A stretch of 64,000 bases of DNA from Planctomycetota bacterium (GTDB lineage: Bacteria > Planctomycetota > UBA11346). The stretch is taken from assembly GCA_017302815.1 (NCBI GenBank), contig JAFLCQ010000002.1, positions 14,969 to 78,968 on the forward strand, read 5' to 3'. The notes beneath the pieces are model-generated. The model had not been told where the DNA came from, ran no database searches, and was given only the letters and a program-made list of their open reading frames with translations. This document shows, in pieces, positions 36,241 through 46,034 of this stretch. The translations under genes and the position numbers were made by a program. Within the stretch, counting starts at the first letter, position 1. Every line of letters begins with the position of its first letter.

Positions 36241-36984
36241 ATGGATACGCCACCCCCCTCCCTCTACCACGGCTACCGCCGCCATGACCTGACCTGCTCG
36301 GGCGCCGCCGCCATCCTCGTCGAACCACGACAGCCGGCGACGCAGCGGCGTTGGATTTGGCGAATGGAGTTCTTCGACGCCTTCCCAGCACTCGACCTGG
36401 CGCTGCTGGCACGTGGCTGGTGGCTGGCCTACATCGGCGTCGGCAACACCTTCGGCTGTCCAGCTGCCCTGCGCACCCTCGACGCATTCTACGCCTGGAT
36501 GACCGCCGAGCAGGGCTTCCACCACCGGCCGGTACTGGAGGGGCTCAGCCGTGGCGGGCTCTACGCCTATAACTGGGCCATCGCCCATCCGGATGTGGTC
36601 GGGCTGCTGTTCGCCGACAACCCGGTCTGCGATTTCCGCAGCTGGCCGGGCGGGAAGGGCAGCGGGCCGGGATCACCCGAAAACTGGAGCGAACTGCAAC
36701 GCTGCTACGGCTTCGCATCCGATGCCGAGGCTATGGCATGGCCGGGACACCCGGTCGACAATCTCGCTCCCCTGGTTGCCGCCGGAGTGCCGCTGCTGCA
36801 CAGCTTCGGCGATGCCGACGAAGTTGTTCCCTGGGAGGAAAATACCGCGGTGGTCGCAGCCCGGGTCGCGGCGCTTGGCGGCAGCATGACGCTGCTGCGG
36901 AAGCCCGGCGGCCGCCACCATCCGCACGGACCACCGGATTCTGAAGCCTGCGCCGACTGGATTATCGCCAACGCCCGAACCTGA
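36241..36984 (+). CDS. Alpha/beta-hydrolase-fold esterase
   Basis: Track ORF. The nucleophile elbow is GLSRGG (GxSxG). A His lies near the C-terminus (GGRHHPHG). Its size is typical of carbohydrate esterases. Confidence 0.6.
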   Translation: MDTPPPSLYHGYRRHDLTCSGAAAILVEPRQPATQRRWIWRMEFFDAFPALDLALLARGWWLAYIGVGNTFGCPAALRTLDAFYAWMTAEQGFHHRPVLEGLSRGGLYAYNWAIAHPDVVGLLFADNPVCDFRSWPGGKGSGPGSPENWSELQRCYGFASDAEAMAWPGHPVDNLAPLVAAGVPLLHSFGDADEVVPWEENTAVVAARVAALGGSMTLLRKPGGRHHPHGPPDSEACADWIIANART

Positions 36985-36995
36985 ACACACGCGGG

Positions 36996-39077
36996 ATGAC
37001 CATGACCCGATCCCATCATCCGCCCGTCCTCCCCACCCTGGCCCAGCGCGCTTGGGCCGATGCCGAGGTTGGAGTGATCATCCACCTCGACATGCAGGTA
37101 TTCGAGCCCGGCTACGACTTCCGCCGCGCCTGGGGCTACACGCCACCGGCGGCGCGCTTCAACCCAGACCGCCTGGATACCGATCGGTGGATCGAAACCG
37201 CACGCGGTGCTGGCGCCACCTACGCCATCCTGGTGGCCAAGCATTGCAGCGGCTTCTCCTTGTGGCCGACCCAGGCCCATGACTACTCGGTCGCCTCCAG
37301 CCCCTGGCGCGGAGGTCGTGGCGACGTCGTGGCCGACTTCCTAGCCTCATGTCGCCGCTTTGGGGTGAAGCCGGGCATCTACGCCAGCGCATCCTGCAAC
37401 GCCCACTTCCTGGTCGACAATCCCGGACGGGTGCTCGATCCGGATCCCAACTTCCTGCGCGATTACAGCGCCAACATCGATTGGCAGAGCGGGAAGCATG
37501 CCCGCTGGGCCGGACCCGACGCCCAGGCCCGTTACAACCGGGTGGTGGAGACCCAACTCGCCGAGTTGTGGGGGAACTATGGTCCGCTGTTCGAGATCTG
37601 GTTCGATGGTGGGGTCCTGTCGCCGGAGGAAGGCGGTCCCGTGATCGTACCATTGATGCAACGGCTGCAGCCCGATGCGGTCGTGTTCGGCGGACCACCG
37701 GGCTGGCCATCGTTGGCGCGCTTCGTCGGCAACGAGCGTGGCGACCCGCCGGATCCGTTCTGGAGCACCACCGACGATCTCCGCGCCTTTGACGGCATGA
37801 CCGAGTTCGCCGGCCTCGGCGGATCACCGGAAGGCCGGGTATGGTCATGCGGCGAGGCCGACATGCCCAATCGCAATGCAGCCCAGGCATTCCAGGGTGG
37901 ATGGTTCTGGCGCGCCGGCGACGAGCGTTTCCTACTCAGCGCAGACCGTCTGACCGAGTCGTGGTTCCGCTCGGTCGGCGGCAACTGTAACCTCCTCCTT
38001 GGCATGGTCATCGACCCGCACGGCGAGGTGCCCGAAGCCGACCGGATCCGCTTCGCCGAGTTCGGCGAACGCATCAAACACATCACCGCTGATCCGGTGG
38101 CACGCGTTTCCATGCGAGGCCCGATCATCGACCTGCCGCTGGGAAGGGCCGGCGCCACTGTACTCGAAATCATGGAGGATATCGCCTTCGGTGAACGGGT
38201 ACGCAGCTTCGTGGTCGAGTCCGAAGGCCCGGCCGGCTGGATCCCGATATGGCGCGGCACCAGCGTCGGCCACCGGCGGCTCGAACGCTGCCCGGCGCTG
38301 CCGGCGGGACGTCTGCGCCTGCGCATCCTCGCCTGCGACGGTGAACCGGTTATCCGCTCATTCGCTACCTATCGCGCCGACGCAGCCTTGCTACCCGGAG
38401 CCGTGGATGCCGCCAAGCGAAATCCGCCAACCGTGACCCGCGGCGCTGATGGGCTGGTGCGGATCGCTTGCCGCAATCCCCATCTCGAACTCCGCTACGC
38501 CCTTGGTGGTCAGCCCGCTGGGCCCGACACACAACTCTATACCGGCCCCTTCCCGCTTCCGCAGGGCGGCGTAGTCAGCGCGGTGTCGTGCGTCAATCAT
38601 GCCTGGGTCTCGCCACCAGTGCAGGCGGTATTCGGTATCGACCGCCGTGGCTGGCGGGTGGTGGCGACCAGCTTGGTCAGCCCCTTCGCCAACAACGGCC
38701 GGGCGCATCCAGACCACCTGCTCAACGACGATCCCAGTTGGTACTGGCACACCTACCATACCGATACGTCCCTGAGCCGGCCACCGCACTGGGTCGTCCT
38801 CGACATGGGCGCGAAATTGGAGGTCACAGCCTTTACCCTGCTGCCGCGCGATGCGGATGGGGCCCCGACAGGCTACCGGTTCGAACTCAGCGATGACAAC
38901 ACGGTCTGGCACATGGCCGCCGAGGGCGGGATCCAGGGACTGCCAGACGATGTCGGCATGCGTTTGATCCCCCTGTCGAAGCCGCAGGCGGGACGCTACC
39001 TGCGTTTCACCGCCACCGGCAGCTTCGAAGAGGTGCCTTACGTGGTGGTCGCAGGAATCGGGGTGGTTCCGGCCTGA
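36996..39077 (+). CDS. GH29 alpha-L-fucosidase with C-terminal F5/8 type C (discoidin-like) domain
   Basis: Track ORF. GH29 blocks are GVIIHLDMQVFEP, AKHCSGFSLWPT and FEIWFDGG. The C-terminal NNGRAHPDHLLNDDPSWYWHTY...RFELSDDNTVW is discoidin-like. Confidence 0.8.
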   Translation: MTMTRSHHPPVLPTLAQRAWADAEVGVIIHLDMQVFEPGYDFRRAWGYTPPAARFNPDRLDTDRWIETARGAGATYAILVAKHCSGFSLWPTQAHDYSVASSPWRGGRGDVVADFLASCRRFGVKPGIYASASCNAHFLVDNPGRVLDPDPNFLRDYSANIDWQSGKHARWAGPDAQARYNRVVETQLAELWGNYGPLFEIWFDGGVLSPEEGGPVIVPLMQRLQPDAVVFGGPPGWPSLARFVGNERGDPPDPFWSTTDDLRAFDGMTEFAGLGGSPEGRVWSCGEADMPNRNAAQAFQGGWFWRAGDERFLLSADRLTESWFRSVGGNCNLLLGMVIDPHGEVPEADRIRFAEFGERIKHITADPVARVSMRGPIIDLPLGRAGATVLEIMEDIAFGERVRSFVVESEGPAGWIPIWRGTSVGHRRLERCPALPAGRLRLRILACDGEPVIRSFATYRADAALLPGAVDAAKRNPPTVTRGADGLVRIACRNPHLELRYALGGQPAGPDTQLYTGPFPLPQGGVVSAVSCVNHAWVSPPVQAVFGIDRRGWRVVATSLVSPFANNGRAHPDHLLNDDPSWYWHTYHTDTSLSRPPHWVVLDMGAKLEVTAFTLLPRDADGAPTGYRFELSDDNTVWHMAAEGGIQGLPDDVGMRLIPLSKPQAGRYLRFTATGSFEEVPYVVVAGIGVVPA

Positions 39078-39170
39078 GCCAGAACGCACGGTCAGCCGTC
39101 GCCCGGGCGATCCTTCTCAGATACAGATAGCTATCCACAGGACTATGCCGCTTATCGTAACGCCTCTCAT

Positions 39171-41372
39171 GTGTCGATGCGGTCAGATAGACCTTCCGTC
39201 CAACAATCGAAAATGAAGGAATCCAACATGCCCCTCAGTTCGTCGGCATTCCCTGCATCGCCAACCGCAGATGCGGTGAGCGGACGCTTCGATCTCGTAC
39301 ACAAATCGCTGGCCATGGCGAGACAGCGGTGGGCTGACGGCGCATTCGACGAGGCGCGCCGACTGTCACTGGCGGTTGCCCGCGAACGATTGTCCAATCC
39401 GGTGACGCATGTCACAGAACCTTGCTCCGACTTCATGGAGCAAGCTGAAGGCCTGCTAGGCAGGCGGCTTGTCCTACTCGGTTATCCGGCGGTACAACTC
39501 GGTGAATCGGTCGACTGGCTTGCCATGTCCGATCGCGACGACCAATGGACGCAGCATCTCGGGTATTTCAAATGGACCTGCAGTCTCGCGCAGGCCTGGA
39601 ACGTCACGCGACGATTGGAATTCGCCGTCGCATGGGCAGACTATGTCGCTGACTTCCTGGCGAACGCGCCGTATGGCCGTGTCGGATGGCCGCTGGATCA
39701 AGCCGCCCCCCGTGTCGTCATCGGACGCCGTGTGTCGGATAACGGTGAGGGCACGCACTGGAATTCCCTGGCTGCAGCAACCCGCAGCCATGCATTGCTT
39801 GACGGATTGGCCTTGGTTCTTGATAGCGGAGTGGTCAGCGACGAACTCCTACTTGCGATCATTGACCACAATTGGAACGACGCCTTCCGCTGCATGGTCA
39901 ACAATCCGCGCAGCAACACGCCAAATCAGTATATGCACACCAGCCTGGCACTGCTGCTTCTTGGGCTTTCCATGCCTGAGCATGCCGTTGCCAGCGCCGC
40001 CTATGAAATCGGACTCACTCGTCTTCGCGACGCCGTAGCGCGCCAGACATTCCCTGATGGATCCGATCTCGAACAATCAACCAACTACAACTATTCCCTC
40101 CTGCACATGGTCGACCAATTACACGGAGTCTTGCCAAAGGATGCACTGGAGCCCTTCGTGATAGCTGCGCGTCAACGTCTGCGCTTCCTGTGTGCCATGC
40201 ATTATCCAGACGGTTTTCCGGTAGAAATAGCAAAGAACGGACGTGGCGCAGACGACCGACAGCGCCTGACGACGTGGGCAGCCTCTCTCGAAACTGCCCC
40301 GTGGCTACGTGCTCCTGGCATATCATTTCCGTGGGGTGGTTGGTACGTGCTGAGTTCATCGTGGAGGGAGCGCGGTTCCTATATGCTGCTCAAGGCCTGC
40401 GCTCCAGGCATGGGACACACACATGAGGACAGCTTGTCATTGGTGCTGTGGTGCGGTGGACGCAGACTGCTGGTCGACAGCGGCAATTTCAGCTATGGAT
40501 CTCGCACCGATCTTGATGTGCGGATGAATGCCTACGGCTTCAGCGGCGCTGCCCATAACGTCGTCCTGGTCGATGGTCACGGAGCGCGTCGGATCGCCGT
40601 GCAACAAGCGTTACGCGGCGAGGTGTTCGAGGAACCACGCCTACGTGCGGACAGCGCAGGCCCCATGCCCAACCGTGCCTTGGCCGGCCATACCTTCGCC
40701 CTTGTGGAAGGCACATACAACGATGGCTTCGGCCCCAATGCCATCCGTGTCCAGCATCACCGGCAAGTGCTCCAGGTGGAAGGACGCGGCTGGCTGGTAA
40801 TTGATCGACTAAGGCCTGATGACGAGGCTGAGCACGAATACGCACGTTTGTGGCAGTTAGCACCTGAGGCTGTCAATTCCGTTCGCATCAACGGTGACGG
40901 CCATGTTCAGGCGCCGGGATTCCAGATCATCGCTGTAACCCCCGCTAAGACTTCTCTTCTCGAGGGAAGCGATGAACCCGTGGCCGGCTGGTATTTCCCC
41001 GCCTATGGCCAGCGTCAGGCAAAGCCTGATCTACGTCTCACCTGGAGCGGATGCGGGGCACAAATCGCATTGACGTGGCTCGGTGACGACACGGTTCCTG
41101 TCGTTTCAACAACATGCCAGAGGGATGGCAGTCTCATGCGTTCCGGTATACAATTCTCAGATGGATCCTTCCTGGCCCTTGCACTAGCGATAAACGGGAA
41201 TGCGGATTTAGCCATCGACTCATGTTCTGCATATGGCGAAATGCTTGCGATACTCGGACAGGAAGCCGCAGCTTTGACACAAGCTGGAGCGACCCAGTTT
41301 CAGCGGCGGCTGGGAGAATGGGAATCTCTGCCCTGGCCGCCATTGCCAGAAGCTCGATGTGCCCGCATATGA
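39171..41372 (+). CDS. Heparinase II/III-like family polysaccharide lyase-like protein
   Basis: Track ORF. The family motif GMGHTHEDSLSLVLWCGGRRLLVDSGNFSY matches GHGH.D.LSF. The true start may be the Met at 39228 (MPLSSS), which has a GAAGGAAT RBS-like sequence upstream. Confidence 0.65.
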   Translation: MSMRSDRPSVQQSKMKESNMPLSSSAFPASPTADAVSGRFDLVHKSLAMARQRWADGAFDEARRLSLAVARERLSNPVTHVTEPCSDFMEQAEGLLGRRLVLLGYPAVQLGESVDWLAMSDRDDQWTQHLGYFKWTCSLAQAWNVTRRLEFAVAWADYVADFLANAPYGRVGWPLDQAAPRVVIGRRVSDNGEGTHWNSLAAATRSHALLDGLALVLDSGVVSDELLLAIIDHNWNDAFRCMVNNPRSNTPNQYMHTSLALLLLGLSMPEHAVASAAYEIGLTRLRDAVARQTFPDGSDLEQSTNYNYSLLHMVDQLHGVLPKDALEPFVIAARQRLRFLCAMHYPDGFPVEIAKNGRGADDRQRLTTWAASLETAPWLRAPGISFPWGGWYVLSSSWRERGSYMLLKACAPGMGHTHEDSLSLVLWCGGRRLLVDSGNFSYGSRTDLDVRMNAYGFSGAAHNVVLVDGHGARRIAVQQALRGEVFEEPRLRADSAGPMPNRALAGHTFALVEGTYNDGFGPNAIRVQHHRQVLQVEGRGWLVIDRLRPDDEAEHEYARLWQLAPEAVNSVRINGDGHVQAPGFQIIAVTPAKTSLLEGSDEPVAGWYFPAYGQRQAKPDLRLTWSGCGAQIALTWLGDDTVPVVSTTCQRDGSLMRSGIQFSDGSFLALALAINGNADLAIDSCSAYGEMLAILGQEAAALTQAGATQFQRRLGEWESLPWPPLPEARCARI

Positions 41373-41515
41373 CGAAGGGCAGACTACCGGGCACGTAGCG
41401 GTGGAACCAGGCGATCGAGATCTGGAAGCGCTCGCTGGCCGCCAACCTGAACCAGTCCGAGGTCTATCATGCACTCTAAGAATGCCTACCGCAGGGCCAA
41501 GGAGTCGCGTCCGCC

Positions 41516-42370
41516 ATGGAGCCGATGGATACCATCGATGCGCCCGACCAGCGACCCAATCCGGCGCTGCGTGTCCTCCATGCCGCCCGCACCACCATCG
41601 AGGAGCGCTGGTGGCAGATGCCGCTGAACAATTCGTATTGGCGGCTCTACCTCAATGCCGGTGATGGCGCCGAAGTGGTCCATCCCGGCGGCAGCCATGC
41701 CCTGAGCGCCGGACGCATGCACCTCGTCCCCGCTTGGGGCTCATTTACTGCCTATTGCCGCGGGAACGTCGATCACATTTACATGCACTTCGATCCCGGC
41801 GAGCCGCTGCGTGACATCGCCCGCCAGGAGCATCCCGCTGCCGTCTTCTTCCAACGGCCCATCGCCCTCGCCCATGATCCGGGACTTGAAGACCGGCTGC
41901 GCCGGCTGGTCGATGTACAGACGCGGGCGCCGGTATGGTACCTGCGCGCCCAGGCAGTCGCGCTGGCGGCGCTGGTCTCGGGCCTCGATCAGCTGCCGGC
42001 GGCGGCGCGGACCAGCCTGGAAAACAAACATGAGGAAGATGACGCGATCCTACGGACCTTGCGCTTCATCGAGGACCATCTGCACCAGGACATCGCAATC
42101 CAGACACTGGCGGCACAACTGGAGATCAGCACATCCTATTTCTTCCGCGTCTTCCGCCGGCGCACCGGCTGTACTCCGCAGCGCTACCTCCAGAATCGCC
42201 GGATCGCGGTGGCGGCCGAGCGGCTGACCGGATCAAGCGATTCGATCGAGGTCATCGCCGAGAAGTGCGGCTTCGCCAATCGTTTCCACTTCAGCCGGAT
42301 CTTTGCCAGGCGCAAGGGCATTGGCCCGGCCGCCTTCCGCAAGGCGGCCGGGCGGCAGCAGGCAGGCTAG
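41516..42370 (+). CDS. AraC-family transcriptional regulator
   Basis: Track ORF. The C-terminal HTH reads IQTLAAQLEISTSYFFRVFRRRTGCTPQRYLQNRRIAVAAERL...CGFANRFHFSRIFARRKG. Confidence 0.75.
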   Translation: MEPMDTIDAPDQRPNPALRVLHAARTTIEERWWQMPLNNSYWRLYLNAGDGAEVVHPGGSHALSAGRMHLVPAWGSFTAYCRGNVDHIYMHFDPGEPLRDIARQEHPAAVFFQRPIALAHDPGLEDRLRRLVDVQTRAPVWYLRAQAVALAALVSGLDQLPAAARTSLENKHEEDDAILRTLRFIEDHLHQDIAIQTLAAQLEISTSYFFRVFRRRTGCTPQRYLQNRRIAVAAERLTGSSDSIEVIAEKCGFANRFHFSRIFARRKGIGPAAFRKAAGRQQAG

Positions 42371-42379
42371 AGCCATGCG

Positions 42380-43897
42380 CTAGTTCTTCTTGGCTTCGGT
42401 TTTCGCCTCGCGTTTGCGGGGATTCTCTGCCGGATCGTACCAGAGCGCCGCCTGGGGCACCGGCTGCTTGCGGAGGACTGCGCTCTCGTAGTCGAGCCTG
42501 ATCGCCATGCCGCCGTGGCGCTGGTAGTACTGCAGTTCACAGGGATGCAGCCCGGCCTTGAGCGCGATCTGCCCGTTCATCACGATGCTGTCCAGGTGGG
42601 AGCCATCGTTGTCGACCACCACCTGGGCGTCGATGGACAGGCGGGCGCCGTCGTCGGCGCTGAGATGGAAGGTGTAGATGTCGTCCAGCGGCACCTCGAC
42701 GAATCCGCGCCAGGAGACCGCGAACTGGAGTTGCATCTGGGCAATCGCCTTGTTGTCGACGTTGAGGTCGAGTTCGAATCCCGGACAGACGCCTTCGGCA
42801 TTGGGAATCAGGGTAAGGAAATCCGGTAGCCGCTGACGGTCACCGGATAGAAGGAAGAACTCATAGCGCAGGCCCGGCTTAGGCTTGGCCACCTTCACTG
42901 CATGGTTCCATTCGAGGTCTGTCAGCCGGAACTCGGCGCTGTGGTTGCTGCCGCCGGACTTGCTGGTGGCCAGCACCTTCACGGTGGTGTCCTGGCCGAT
43001 CCGGAACGGCTTGTCGTAGGTGCGCGATAATGGTCCGACGGGCTTGCCATCGGTGGTGAAGCGTATCTCAACGCCGTCCGGATTGGCGCAGTGCCGAAGG
43101 ACGATCGGTACATCAACTTGACCGGTGAAGCCGCCATCGAGGATCGGGATCCACGGCATCAGCGGCGATGTAGCCACCGCCCGACCAAGGGCCTTGGCGA
43201 TCAGGTTGGTGGCCAGAGTGATTCCGGTTTGGCTGAATTTACCGTTCCGCCAGTAGAGGACGCCAGTCTCGCTATCGGCGAGGTTGTTGGCGGCATTGTA
43301 GGCAATGATCTCCTTGCGCAGATCGCAGACGGTCAGGCCACGCTCGGCGGCGGCGGCACGGACGGATTCGGCATAGGCTTCGAGAAGATCCTCGTCGACG
43401 TTTCCCGCAACCACCTTGCGATCATTTTTTGGCGGTGGGGTCCCCAGTACGGCGAGGACGCCGGCGCGGTCGAAGACGTCGAGCATCTGGGCAAGATTGT
43501 TGGCGAAGACCGCTGCGGTTGGAGCGCGGCCGCGGAACTCATCCTCGCAGATATCCTTCCAGCCTAGCACCAGGAAGACGATGGTCGGCCGTTCGGCGCG
43601 GATCAGGTTCTCGGCGGCGGCGACCAGTTCGTTGCCGTTCGGCGATGCGCGGAGGATGGTGCTGATGCCATGGCGAGGAAGCTGGGCGAGGAACCCGGCA
43701 TCCAGACGACTGGCCAGAACTGGGCCATTGTCCCACATCCAGCTGGTGAGCAGAGCAATGCGATCGCGCTTCTCCCAGGGCGGATTCCCGCTGGTCAGGC
43801 CGCTGAGATCGAGTTTCATCGCCGACTCGCCGGCGAGGGCGGTAGCCGCGAGAAGGAGGGCCGCGATGGGGCGGAGGCCGAGGATGCGGAATGTCAT
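42380..43897 (-). CDS. Secreted multidomain protein: SGNH-hydrolase-like N-terminal domain, a CHB_HEX_C-like domain and a C-terminal PA14 domain
   Basis: Track ORF 42380..44278. The start is chosen at MTFRILGLRPIAALLLAATALAGESA, a signal peptide, with an AGGAG 8 nt upstream. The CHB_HEX_C-like block is DGVEIRFTTDGKPVGPLSRTYDKPFRIGQDTTVKVLA. The PA14-like block is YTFHLSADDGARLSIDAQVVVDNDGSH...GLHPCELQYYQRHGGMAIRLDYE. Confidence 0.65.
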   Translation of the reverse strand: MTFRILGLRPIAALLLAATALAGESAMKLDLSGLTSGNPPWEKRDRIALLTSWMWDNGPVLASRLDAGFLAQLPRHGISTILRASPNGNELVAAAENLIRAERPTIVFLVLGWKDICEDEFRGRAPTAAVFANNLAQMLDVFDRAGVLAVLGTPPPKNDRKVVAGNVDEDLLEAYAESVRAAAAERGLTVCDLRKEIIAYNAANNLADSETGVLYWRNGKFSQTGITLATNLIAKALGRAVATSPLMPWIPILDGGFTGQVDVPIVLRHCANPDGVEIRFTTDGKPVGPLSRTYDKPFRIGQDTTVKVLATSKSGGSNHSAEFRLTDLEWNHAVKVAKPKPGLRYEFFLLSGDRQRLPDFLTLIPNAEGVCPGFELDLNVDNKAIAQMQLQFAVSWRGFVEVPLDDIYTFHLSADDGARLSIDAQVVVDNDGSHLDSIVMNGQIALKAGLHPCELQYYQRHGGMAIRLDYESAVLRKQPVPQAALWYDPAENPRKREAKTEAKKN

Positions 43898-44049
43898 CGT
43901 AAATACTCCTGAGAACGGTGCCGCCACCCAGCTGGCGGCAAACGATCCAGACTTTATCGAGGAGCGGAGTTCGGCATCAACGACAGGATTGGTGTGAAGG
44001 CGTGGATACACGCCGGTATCGGCAGCGATACGCCATATGTTTGCGCCGT

Positions 44050-45777
44050 TCAGCTCAGCGAGGTGGCGAGATCGAGGAATGTCGCCGCTGTCCAGCTGTA
44101 GCCGGGGCAGCGCAGGCCGGCGCCGCTGAGCGCGTCGTAATTCTCCCAGAAGACGCCGTCGCCGGCGCATAACCGGCAGAAGCGGCGGGCAATCTCGTCG
44201 CCTAGTTCGCGGCGGCCAGCGCGGCGCAGGCCATCGACCAACAGGTAGGTGGAGGGTCCCCAGATTGGACCCCGCCAATATCCGTCGGCGAGGTAGTGGG
44301 GGCTGTCGACCGCCTCGGTCGCCGGACCCCAGCTGGTGACAAAACGTCCATCCGGCCGCAGGTCGTCGGCGATGCGGGAAAGGATCGCCTCCGGCAGTTC
44401 AGCGCCGAGGATCACCGGGATGCGGTTAACGAGCGAGGCGTTCGGCGCGGCGGCCCCGCTGACCGCATGTGGCGAGCAGAAGGCGCCGTCGCGGACATTG
44501 CAGCGAAGCAGCGCTGCAAGCTGGCGTCCGGCGAGATCCGTCCATCGGCCGACCTCGTCGGTCCGGCCGAGGAGCCGCGCCGAGCGGGCGAGGAAGCGCG
44601 CTTGCAGCACCAGGAGGGCGGCAAGGTCGGCACCGCAGGTGGGGAAGCCCTGGTCGTATGCGGTGGCATTGTCCCAACCGCTGTCGTTGCCGTGCAGGTA
44701 ATACGGCGAAAGGTCGCTGGCATTGCGATGCCGATACCACCAGCCCGTCAAGCGGGCGATCGGCTCGTGCACTTGGCGCAGGCGATCGAGGCAGGCGTCT
44801 TCGCCGAGCCGATCAAGGAGAATCCCACAGGCCCAGCCGTACACCGGCGGCTTGGTAAAGCTGTATTGCCGTTCGCGATCGTTGACCGTGTCCGGCAACT
44901 GGCCCTCGGCAGTCTGGTGATCGAGCATCACCTGCACCTGGTCCCAGGCGAGCTCGCTGTCGCCGTGCGAGTATCCGATTGCCATGAAGCAATTGTCCCA
45001 GCTCCAGACCTGGTTCATCCACAGTTTGCTCATCAACGCCGAACGGCGGTGAAGCAGCCCGGTGGCTGGCACCTGGAGCATCCACATGAGGTGCCATGCC
45101 CGACAGGCGGCGTCGTAGAATTCGGCGGGAACACGCGGCAACCGCCGCATCCATACTTCAAGCTCTGACAGGCCGCGTTCGGCGCTTGCTGCAGCCTCGG
45201 GAACCGCCCCGTCCCAGCCAGTCGGCGCCTCGCTGATCCGCAATGCCGCTCGCCAGGGCCGGCCGTCACCTACCGCGAAGGCCGCCTGCGCCCGTGTCTG
45301 CCCGACCTGGTGGCCCTCGACGATGCGCTGCTCTTCCAGCCGAGCGGGGATTCCGGACTCGACACGGAGATGGGCGCAGCCGGGCATACGCAGGAGGTTG
45401 ATCAGGAGATCTCCGGCACCACGGGCCTGGACCCAGCCCGAGGACTGCATCGCCTCAAGGCGCATCGCACAGCCGCGGCCGCTGAATGCGATGGTGCTGC
45501 CATCGGCAAAGGCGATCAGCACCTCGGCTGCGCCCGATCGCAGGATCAGGCGATGCGGCTGGAGGTCGATCTCCGGTTCGACCACGGTGCCATTGACAAG
45601 CAGCACGATGCGGAAGAGGTTAGGACTTACCTCGTCGACCTGCTGCCCCATGGCCACCTGCGGGAACCCCCCGTGCAGACTGTGGATGGCAAGCCCCCCT
45701 TCTTTGCCAAGGCGGCTGATCCGCAGCCAGGAGTCGCGCACTGAAAACGGGATACGTGCGATATCGAGAGAGAACAT
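44050..45777 (-). CDS. GH63-like (MGH1/trehalase-like six-hairpin) glycoside hydrolase
   Basis: Track ORF. VWSWDNCFMAIG resembles the GH63 SGWDNS block. FWENYDALSGAGLRCPGYSWTAATFLDL matches GH63-family E.Y...TG.G...GWSA. Confidence 0.65.
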   Translation of the reverse strand: MFSLDIARIPFSVRDSWLRISRLGKEGGLAIHSLHGGFPQVAMGQQVDEVSPNLFRIVLLVNGTVVEPEIDLQPHRLILRSGAAEVLIAFADGSTIAFSGRGCAMRLEAMQSSGWVQARGAGDLLINLLRMPGCAHLRVESGIPARLEEQRIVEGHQVGQTRAQAAFAVGDGRPWRAALRISEAPTGWDGAVPEAAASAERGLSELEVWMRRLPRVPAEFYDAACRAWHLMWMLQVPATGLLHRRSALMSKLWMNQVWSWDNCFMAIGYSHGDSELAWDQVQVMLDHQTAEGQLPDTVNDRERQYSFTKPPVYGWACGILLDRLGEDACLDRLRQVHEPIARLTGWWYRHRNASDLSPYYLHGNDSGWDNATAYDQGFPTCGADLAALLVLQARFLARSARLLGRTDEVGRWTDLAGRQLAALLRCNVRDGAFCSPHAVSGAAAPNASLVNRIPVILGAELPEAILSRIADDLRPDGRFVTSWGPATEAVDSPHYLADGYWRGPIWGPSTYLLVDGLRRAGRRELGDEIARRFCRLCAGDGVFWENYDALSGAGLRCPGYSWTAATFLDLATSLS

Positions 45778-46034
45778 GCGGGGCCTTCCGTCGCTGATTT
45801 TATCGTCGTTGCATCATAAGAGCAAGACTCGGAGGAACCGACAGTTCTAGACACAGCACGGTTCGCTTGCGGATACACGATCTGGGCAGGCCGATGCCGA
45901 TTCGCGAGCCAAGACGTGACCACCTCGCAAGGTGATTCCGCGCGGATCACCACTCAGCGGAACCGCGATTCCCTGGAACAATGCATTCGCCTCGCCGTAC
46001 TCCCCACTCTATTTTCTGGAACGAACCGCCAACC

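Noticed and set aside
35941-36588. Minus-strand ORFs 35941..36588 and 36005..36487
   Set aside because: They lie antisense to the alpha/beta hydrolase gene (GLSRGG elbow) and the regulator gene.
37159-39089. Minus-strand ORFs 37159..37890, 37577..38326 and 38391..39089
   Set aside because: They lie antisense to the GH29 fucosidase gene.
44296-45168. 290-aa plus-strand ORF
   Set aside because: It lies antisense to the GH63-like gene.
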